From NCBI GenBank assembly GCA_040357565.1, contig JBDODJ010000027.1: DNA of 64,000 bases; one strand, given 5' to 3'. The notes under the pieces were generated by a model, which had not been told where the DNA came from, ran no database searches, and saw nothing but the letters and a program-made list of their open reading frames with translations. This stretch comes from Cercozoa sp. M6MM. Lineage: Eukaryota > Protista > Endomyxa: Ascetosporea. Below, one piece after another: positions 55,301 to 64,000 of the stretch. Position 1 is the first letter of the stretch, and the number at the start of each line of letters is the position of its first letter. Position numbers and translations under genes: made by a program.

Positions 55301-55523
55301 CACACACACACACACACATGACACACATGCATAGATCACCGCGGTGGCAGCCACACGAATACGACATCTTTTCGCCGACAAGGTGCGCTTCTGTTTCCAC
55401 TCTCTCTCCTCACTTACGACACTTTGCTTTCGTGCGCGTGACAGCGAGTTGAACCAGTTGCTGGCGCCCTTGTCGACCGACTCGCGCCGATCGAGCGCAA
55501 ACGACTTCTTTGCCTTGCGTTGA
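52271..55523 (+). CDS. Predicted membrane-tethered C2H2 zinc-finger protein (TM - Cys-rich loop - TM - 3 x C2H2 - polyN/polyQ)
   Basis: Hand-spliced continuous frame with GT-AG introns; fingers CSAPKC..H..H, CPVC..H..H, CPSC..H..H. The fusion depends on the 68-nt intron 53631-53698. Confidence 0.65.
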
Positions 55524-55552
55524 CATCTGCAGAAAAAGCGAACGTTCTCGTG

Positions 55553-55860
55553 TTTAGTTAGTTTAGTTCAGTCTATTAAGAAACCGACGATGTAGTTCCT
55601 TTGTACCAGCCGTATTCCAGCGCCCGCTTAGGGTGGGCCGCCCGGAGCTGCAGATATGTTCCAGACTGACTCAGATTATGCAGTCTCCGCGCGCGGGGAT
55701 GAACCCAGGCCGAGAGTTAAGGCTTTGTGGCTCTGTGGTACTGCTGCCTATGGGGCTGTGACTGGACCTGTCTGAAAGCCTGTCCTGTAGGTTGAGCCTG
55801 TCGGCTGGCAAAAGTGAAAACCTCATCTACTTGGCATCAGCTGGTCAGCGCAGTTGCTCT
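55553..55860 (-). mobile_element. Longest copy of the dispersed LINE/SINE-like 3' fragment
   Basis: Its tail matches 46563-46640 and 8207-8226; its body matches 31277-31390. Confidence 0.7.
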
Positions 55861-55912
55861 GTAGTCTCTACTCATATCCAGATCTACAAGTAACCATTGG
55901 CTGCTGTAGCCA

Positions 55913-56742
55913 TCACTCGCTCGACTGCTGCTGCTGCTGCTGCTGGCGCTGCTGCTGAAACTTGTGGTCAGAGTGGCGCAGGTCGGACATCATCACCTGC
56001 TCGCGCGAGTCACTCGACACCTAAAACACACCACCCAATCATTGAGTTGCATTGGCCACCGATCTGACTCAGGTTTTTTAGCCTGCATGCATGCATACCT
56101 CTTCAAAGTCGTACTGCTTCTGGCGGTTCTTGATCTTGCGTTCGGAAAGCAGACTAAAAAAAAACTACTGTGTGCACAGATCGAATGCAAAAACATACGC
56201 GCGGACGGCGTCACGTTTCGCTCGGATTTCTTCAGCCTGAGTCAGATCGGTTTAATTTGCTGAAAAACTCACAAACGAAACTAGACGAGTGATACCGTCG
56301 GCTCGTCTTTTCGGAACCCAAACTTCCCAAGATCTGAAAGCGCAACGATCCACAAACACTCCCGGCGTTCAAACATTAAAAAAACGACTTAGAAATATAT
56401 TGTTGTACCTTCATCTGACATTAAACCTTTATGTTGGCGACATTCTAAATACGCTTTCATTGTGTCTTTGCATCTGCAATGAAAAATGATACGACACAAG
56501 CTTGTGTTTATGCATGTGTTCTGCCGAATTTACAATGTTGCATCGTTATCGTGCTGCTTGAGACAATCCATGATCGCGCGCACTGTGTCACTGCATTCTG
56601 CACACGCACAAAGGAAAGGTAACAACCACGAGTCAACAAACAGTTACAAGCCGATCGGACCTTTGAGGTGATCGAGCGGAAACGAACCGCGCACTGGAGG
56701 AGCACGCGGTCGTCTCTGTGCAGTAGCACCGCCACCAACCAT
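55913..56742 (-). CDS. COX19: Cytochrome c oxidase assembly protein COX19 with C-terminal extension
   Basis: PPVRGSFPLDH; twin CX9C (EC...DCLK; CKDTMKAYLECR); GLMSDEDLGKFGF; extra exons ending in polyQ-SSE*. Confidence 0.88.
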
Positions 56743-57200
56743 ATCTCGGTTTGAATTAGTGCAAAGTCGGGCAATAATCGGTTTTGCGGCGAGGATTTAA
56801 GTCTGCGCCAACGGGTAAGGGGGACGATTTCAGGAAAAATCAAATCGCACCGAAAAGCTGCGGACTGAGTTAGTGGTGTGTGTGGCCACGTGAGCACGCC
56901 AAGATTATCGCGTTGCTATACTGGCTGCTCGGGTTAGTCTCTTTTTGCATGAGATGTGCAAACTATATCACCTTTCTTGTTGCAGTGTCTTTGTGTGCCT
57001 GTTTGGCGGCTACTGGATCACCGCGTGGCTTTACTACGCTGTTGTACGCTTCAATCAGTCTTGCTGTCTGTAACTGTTTTGCTTGAATACGAACCCCACA
57101 GGCTCTGCTGCGCGCACAGTGGGCAATTCACACCGCACGCAAGTAAGTCTTTCGCAATTGTACATTGATGTTACTTTTACTTTGGGACCACAGGCACTGT

Positions 57201-58332
57201 ATGAAACGTGCCGAACGACCTCAGAGTGGTGTCTGACCTTCTGTGCCTGGCTGTGTAATGTTATGTTACGCACGTGTCTTCAGCAGACGAGCCAAAAGCC
57301 AAAAAACCGTCGCTGATGCAAGTTTCTACCGCAATTGAGACGACTGAGTCGTCGCAAGAGACGCCGCTGTTTTTGTTTCGCCAAATGCGCAACGACGCAC
57401 CACGTTTCGCAATTTTGGGCTCAAAAAAGCGTCAAGCAGCGCCGTCTCGTGAGTTTGTCTCTGAGTTGTCGATTCTCACAAAGCTTCAGTTTTTCTTTTT
57501 TTTTTTGTTGCGCAGAAGGTTACGCGATATCGCTGAGTTTGCAGAAGCAGCGATTGTTGTCAGCCGAGGCAGAAGCGGCAAAGACGAAAGCTGGAATTGA
57601 AACTGAGACGAAAACGCGCGAGCTGCGACAGCTGCTGCCGTGTGCGGTTGATGCCTTCTTTGCCGAAGTTTCGACTGTACGGTTTTCCTGTTCGACTGCC
57701 GTATTTTGGAGTCTCTTTCTTTCGTTTGACAGACCGAAGGACAGGTCTCGCACGAAGAACTGTATCGCAAGGTCGTTGATTTCGCCGAAATTGCAGAGTA
57801 CATGCGTTTTACTCTGACGCAAACACTATTTAATGCTTATTCTACGGCTTTGGATAGCCAACTTACGGCCCAGGGAGTCTTTGATGAAGTGGCGTTACGT
57901 GTGCGACGATGCGTTGCCTCGCAGTGCTCGCAGATTGACGACATCATCCTTCCGCGTGGAACAGATGTATGACCGATCAGTCGATAGAGATACAACTCTT
58001 CGTGATGTGTTGTGCTTTTATAGCTAGAGATGGCAACGACATTGACGGTTTTGGCCTCGTTTTTCGAGCGAATTTTCCTCTCTGTCGCTGTAAGCTAAAC
58101 TTTGCTACTTTGACTCGGTAGGACGTAACATGTTGTTTCAGAGAACGCGATCGGTGGTGTCGCCGCTCGAACAACGTTGTTCCAGCAGTCGCGCCAACTT
58201 GCGGCAAGTGGCACTGGAGGCACTCAAGAAGTAACAATCACTGTTCGGGGTGATCATTGTCGGTGAGACACATTTGTTGCTGCAGTGAAATTACGACCAA
58301 GGACGATTTTGCGGGCAGGTACAAAGAGAGTC

Positions 58333-58426
<94 letters not shown>

Positions 58427-61400
58427 TATTATGTAAATAAACGCACTCAGGAGTGAGCAAGTGATCTTCCGTGCCTTCGCGATCCTGCGCAGCGATCCGT
58501 CATCTTCGCTGTACACAGCGTTTTATTTTGTTTCCCGCATGAAAAGACAAAAACTTAAAAAAACTCGCAGAGTACGCAAAAACAATGTGGCGAAGGCTCT
58601 CGAATTCGTCGCTCTCTGCGCCGATTCCGACGTGTTCTCGCGGTAGCATTTTTCTTCTTACTTCAAGCTCAACTGATGAATGACTGACTAACTGACTGAC
58701 TGACTGTGACACAGTCGTTTCGAGCACCAGCTTGAAGTGGCAGCGCGAGAATACGCGTCACAGATTCTGCCGCCAAAGCCACCGTACGTTTGTGTTCTCG
58801 TTTCTTTTGCTGTGTGGCATGCTTGTGTGGACATGCAGAAGCAGCACGTCCGCGCGAATGCGAGATGACAGCGGTAACTACGACTTTTCTCTCGATGTGC
58901 AAGGAAGCTCGCAAACAAGATTGTTACAGTGGAAGAGGGGCATGCTGATGACTCGACGTTTCTGTCGAACTACGCCGCCAGTGCCAACTCGTTTTTGAAT
59001 CGCGAGAAGGCGCTAGTCTCGGCCTGTGTGCCGACATGCTTTGCGCATTGGACACACGCGGCCGACAAGATTATCCGCGCGGAGCTGTTTGAACTACCCA
59101 TCAAACGTGGCGATTTGTTGCGTTTGGATCTGTGTAATGTCGCTCCTCCACCCGCACGCTCTGTCCTGCACTCTGTATCAATTTTTTGTTGCAGTGAAAG
59201 AATGTATCGGCGAGTTAGACTTTGGCGGCATTCGCGACGTGTTCGCAGCTGCACACGATGTTCCTGTATCTGCTTCTCAATATCGCTGTACCACACACAA
59301 TTAAGACTGTTTGACATGGCTTAGGACGCACTGGAAGCACTGGTTAACGCCTTCATGTCAATCGTGCAAGAGCAAGTGCTGAATGGCGAATGGGCGCCGC
59401 GCAACACGTGTTTCCAAACTGCGATGCGAGAGGTGGATTCTCCAGCTTTAGGAAATTTGAGCCAAATCGCCAAATCTCTTTTTTAAATACTGTTGCGATT
59501 GTTTTGCTCAGTTGGCACAAGCCGAACTCGTTCGTGCCGTTCAAGACTCTGCGATCGCCATTGCGCGCCTTCTCGACGTTTTCAGCGTTTGTGCACGTTT
59601 TTCGCAAGTGCTGACCCGTCCGCGCGGACGCGAGTTGCGAGACCAAGTGGCCACAAACATCGCCAAATTTGCGGAGCATGCTTCGTTTTCTGGCAGTATA
59701 AACCCACTTCCCTTTTGCAGAGGTAGAACATCTGTGAGAACTTGAAATTGTCGACTTCAGCTTCGGCGGCGGAAGGACTCGCGAATTTCGCTTCGTTCGC
59801 GCTTGCTTCGCAGGTAGCATTGTTGTGACTTTAACAGCTGTAGTTGTTTGATACAAGGTTGCTTGATTTGACTCTTTGGCACAGAGTGCGACAGACAGCG
59901 ACACCTCGTTGCGGCTCACTTCGGTAACCTTGGTGTTGCGTGCATCTACACACAAGACTCAAAATGCTTTTTGAAGGTTGTCGCTTTGCTTTCGTTCTTC
60001 CGCAATTCGGATCTGTTTGGCGAAATCTTCCTGCGGTAGTGTTCTTTGCGCACGTATCAGTTTAATGAGATGCATGTATGTGTAGCGACTTGGCGAGACG
60101 ACTCGTGTTGCATCACTACCGAAGGTATCTCTTGTGTGTGCATAGTTTGGATGTTGACGGATGCGCTTCAGTTTGGAAACTGAGACGAAATTCATTCAGC
60201 GCGTTCGTGTATCATTTGCCTCAAGTCATCTGCTTTCTTCTGTTTGATGAGTCGAGTTTTTGTTTTAATTAGGGTGTGCTGACTGCTGACTTTGGTGATC
60301 GGTAGCTTCGGCTTTGATTCGAATGCTTTGTGAATGTGTGTATACCATACATATGTGTCTCTCTGCAGTGGCGCTGGTATGCTGCGCGATATTTCGGAGC
60401 ACTCGAAACTGAACGAACACTTTGCCGAGTGGCGCGTATCACTTGCTTTACCCTTCTGCTGCGTGTGTGGTCTTTATACGATCAGAGTGTAGAAGCAACG
60501 AGAGGAAGACGAACTCAATCTCAAGCTGAATGTGCATTCTCGTTTTGTTTTTTCTCGTTACTTTGTTAACCCACGCAAACGCAGGTGCAAGTGCTGACAC
60601 GTGGCCTGTGGCCTCAGTTCCAGGGCTTCGAGATGACCGTACAACCTCCCACAAGATCTCCCCTGTACACATACAGGCTATCCTGTGCAGGTCCCGGAGA
60701 AAGCTCGCGCTGCGGAGTCGCACTTTTCGCAATTCTACCGGTCGCACTTCCGTGACCACCGTACCTGATTTTTGTCAAGAAGGGAGAGAAGGAATGCTAC
60801 ACACGCTTTGTGTGCTCAGGAAAAGTGGAGTTCGCGCCGCACTTATCACACGGTAGACTGCGCGCGCACTTTCCGAAAACTGAAACTCGTGTCGACATCG
60901 TCGGTAGCCTTTCGATCCTTTGCCATGTTGCCCTATACTATTCCCTGTATTTAAATCTCTCTCGCGATGCAGTGAGTGCCATGCAAGCGGCGGTGATGCT
61001 CGCGTTGTCGCAGCAACAGAGGCCGTGCTCTGTGCGCGAAGTGACCGACTCTGTTGGCGTACGTGCTGTGGCTCGTTCATACAGTCTGTGTGCATGTGCT
61101 TGATGTTTGTTGTGTGATGTATGTTGTGTGTGCGTATGCAGTGCAACCAGATTCACGTGATCGAGCAGACGTTGCAGTCGCTCGTGTCTGCTCGTCTCAT
61201 CGTACAGAGGCAAAGTGAAGACGGTGCCGCTGTGTGCTACACCGTCAATGCCGACTTCGCGTGCGATCAGCCTGTGCTCAAGATCAACGTGTTCCAAGCG
61301 TATGCCAGCAAGGTACACTCCTCTCTTTTTATTCTGATCGATGTTAAGTACATGGCTGTGTTGCCACAGGAGGAGACGAAACAAGCCACCGTTTCTGTCG

Positions 61401-61815
61401 CTCGCGACCGCAAACTTACCTTGGTACCGCTATAGTCTGCCGTGTACACCGGCAACGATAGTAAATCTCCTTCGTATTTGACAACAGGATGCTACCATCG
61501 TGCGACTGCTTAAACAAAAGAAGGAAATGTACTCAGTCTCATTACATCGTTCTTTTGCCATTGTGGGTGCTCCTTTGAATGGACTGAGTGCCTGGTGTAG
61601 CCGCGACGTGGACCTGTACGCCGACGTGTCAAAGGTCTTATCGATTCCGTTCACCAGGTATCCCCCCCCCCCCGTTTGTTCCGACGGGATTGCCTCACTT
61701 TTAATGCGGTATCTGCGACAGAGAGGACTTTGACCAGCGCATCGAATCGCTCATCGACCGCGACTTTGTGGAACGCGACTCCGTGAACGAGAGCGTGCTT
61801 CATTACGTTGCCTAG
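57201..61815 (+). CDS. Divergent cullin family protein
   Basis: C-terminal neddylation/winged-helix domain DRKLTL|DATIVRLLKQKK...RIESLIDRDFVERD...HYVA*; YTVNADF in the cullin homology region. Start inferred (MKRAERPQS|ADEPKAKK). Confidence 0.8.
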
Positions 61816-62120
61816 TTGCTTTCCTGTCCTTGTCCGGTGCAGGTCGCGGTGGGTTGCGTTGGATATGTTGCCTACGCTACGCTAGTTTGCGTTGGTTTCC
61901 TTGCCACGCTAGTTGGGGTCATTGGTTTAGTGCCCGTACGGTAGCGTTCGGTAGCTAAATAGCGTCGCGCGCGCGCGTTACTCTAGTATCTTGACCGCAG
62001 CGCGCACTTGCACGGCACTCGACTAACTGCAGTAAAAACAGCGTGAGGCACTATTCGTTCGTTAACGTTTGCAGTGCCGTGCTGAGTGGCAAATCAGAAA
62101 GTAGGAAGGGCGTGGTGAGT

Positions 62121-63838
62121 TTACGATGACGTCGTCGACGGCGAGGTACTGCTATCTATCAGCCCGCCCGCCGTGCGCGTTGTGTCGTCCGCGGCAGTCA
62201 CTGGGGTGCTCAGTTCTACCTCAATCGGATGAGCGGCGTTAGAAGTCTTTATCTCTCTCGTTTCGTTCGCTCCCTCCTTTGCAGGTGACGCAGCGACAAA
62301 GTGTCGACACAGGAGCACGAGAGACACGGCAAGGGCGGCTGCAAGGGGAACACACAGCAGCAGTGGTCGCTTGCCTTGTTTAGAAGTCTGGTGTGCTGCC
62401 ATGTACTGCAATGCACACTCAACACTGCACAAAAAGATGATGTCGCTTGGAAACGCCTCTGCAGTACCAGTTGCGCAATCACTGAGAAAATTAACATGAG
62501 GACACGAGTCATGTTTTGCCACCTGAACACAACCAACAGCTTGACAAGAGCATGAACTTTCGCGCACTTTAATCTTAAGTAAAGGCACCACGTGGCAAAC
62601 GGAAGCGTAAGTAGCAGCACCACCAACGAGAACGTGGCTGCGCCTAGCGAGGCCGCGAGCGACCATGGGGAGTTCTAGAACACCAACTGCACCATCGTAG
62701 GATACCGTAGCGTCCTACTGCATCCTTACCGCACTCGCACTTGCTATGGAAGCAGCCACAACGAGGAGTGACAGCGGAAAGCCGAGTTGCCGAAACCAGA
62801 AGCAATCTGGTCGTAGATCTCTGCTCACGATGCCATTTCGTAAAACTACACCCCGGTCAAAGTTACGGGATATCAGAAACCTCCACAGAAAGCCGTATTT
62901 CTCATGCCGCTTTGATTTATGGAGTCCGCGCACATAGCTGCGCCAAGCCACGCGCAGGCACATCAGAGGAAACACGGCACCCACCAGTACGATGCCCGCC
63001 CAGGCAGATAGCTGCATTGCCTGCTCACAAAAGTTCCGCCGTGGTCAAGAGCTTAAAGCAAGGGTGAGTGTGTGACCAGAAATGCGCGAAAGGTACCAAA
63101 GTGGAAGCTCCGCGGTAGCACTCGGTGGCATTGTCGGCGTTCAAGAGCCACTTCTGCTCCGACGCGTCGTTATCGCCTTCCTGTGATTGATTGCTTCTAT
63201 GCAACAGAAAGAGGGGGAGAACACGGATGATTTGTGAGAGAATACCGTGTCTTGAACGCTGTAGTGCACGCGTGCAGTGTAGCACTGCACGGCCAGAATG
63301 CAGACACGCAGGAACTGGACGTAGGCGATGGTAACGAGAATAATCAGCGACTGCACCGCACGGTACTTGAAGGTCTTGATGCTACCTCTGTCACTATCAA
63401 TGCTACTGTCACTGTTGTTGTTCACTGCAGCTGCTCCGGCCTCTTCTTTGGACGCAAAGTGTTGCCTCTGCGGTTTTCTCAATTTTCTACGACGAGTGTC
63501 TACATGATGATGGATGGACGGGTAGACATGTTTACCTTTGATACAACGAACGCAGGTACGCAGCGAGCACAAACAGAAGCACCGCGAACAGCAGCACTAT
63601 CCAAGTGGCCCAGTAGATCGTTCCGTGACGCACCGACGTCAGGTGACACTGATCCAGCCACACAGAGCGGCACACGTATATATATATATATATATATAAC
63701 ATGGACAGATGCACCAAAAAGTACCTCAACACGGCCGAACTCGGGCTGAAAGTTAAAGACGGTCATGGCGTGGATCACCTTCGTCACACTGGTCGGCAGT
63801 GAGACTTGCTTGCCTGTGCCTCAATCCAGTTAGGGTAT
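62121..63838 (-). CDS. 3' part of a large multi-pass membrane protein (partial)
   Basis: AMTVFNF; IILVTIAYVQFLRVCILAVQC; WLLNADNATEC; KYGFL..DLRPDCFWF. This pattern is typical of protist proteins with a C-terminal multi-TM region; the gene runs off the window. Confidence 0.7.

Positions 63839-64000
<162 letters not shown>

Noticed and set aside
55685-55750. tRNA gene (minus-strand CCTGGGTTCATCCCC resembles a T-arm/B-box)
   Set aside because: No cloverleaf or convincing A-box; it lies inside the repeat element.

Overview
Compact, very intron-dense eukaryotic (protist-like) genomic DNA in the standard genetic code. It holds about 25 protein-coding genes split by mostly 55-75 nt GT-AG introns, many inflated by (CA)n/(TG)n/(TA)n microsatellites. 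The supplied ORF track is largely misleading, so genes were rebuilt by hand-splicing; outer coordinates of the hypothetical genes are approximate. Recognisable genes: CTU1, SETD7-like, RPB5, DUG3-like GATase, GPI, a J-domain membrane protein, a YeiH/UPF0324 transporter, kinesin-13, a BET-type bromodomain protein, CDC14, PMM, FCF2, a TLC-domain protein, BCNT/SWC5, a C2H2 zinc-finger protein, COX19 and a divergent cullin. The best candidate for a new system lies at 44-56 kb. A Frizzled/Smoothened-like (class F) receptor (47351-51799, -) sits head-to-head with a gene (52271-55523, +) whose exons splice in frame into a membrane-tethered C2H2 zinc-finger protein (TM, Cys-rich loop, TM, three zinc fingers, polyN/polyQ). 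A GPI-anchored TSP1-repeat protein lies next to them. Other observations: a dispersed LINE/SINE-like family found only between convergent genes, a 16-bp inverted repeat covering a COX19 splice acceptor, an atypical GTRC splice-donor consensus, a MITE-like element and a recurring TACAGTA intergenic motif. No database searches were run; family calls rest on recognised motifs.
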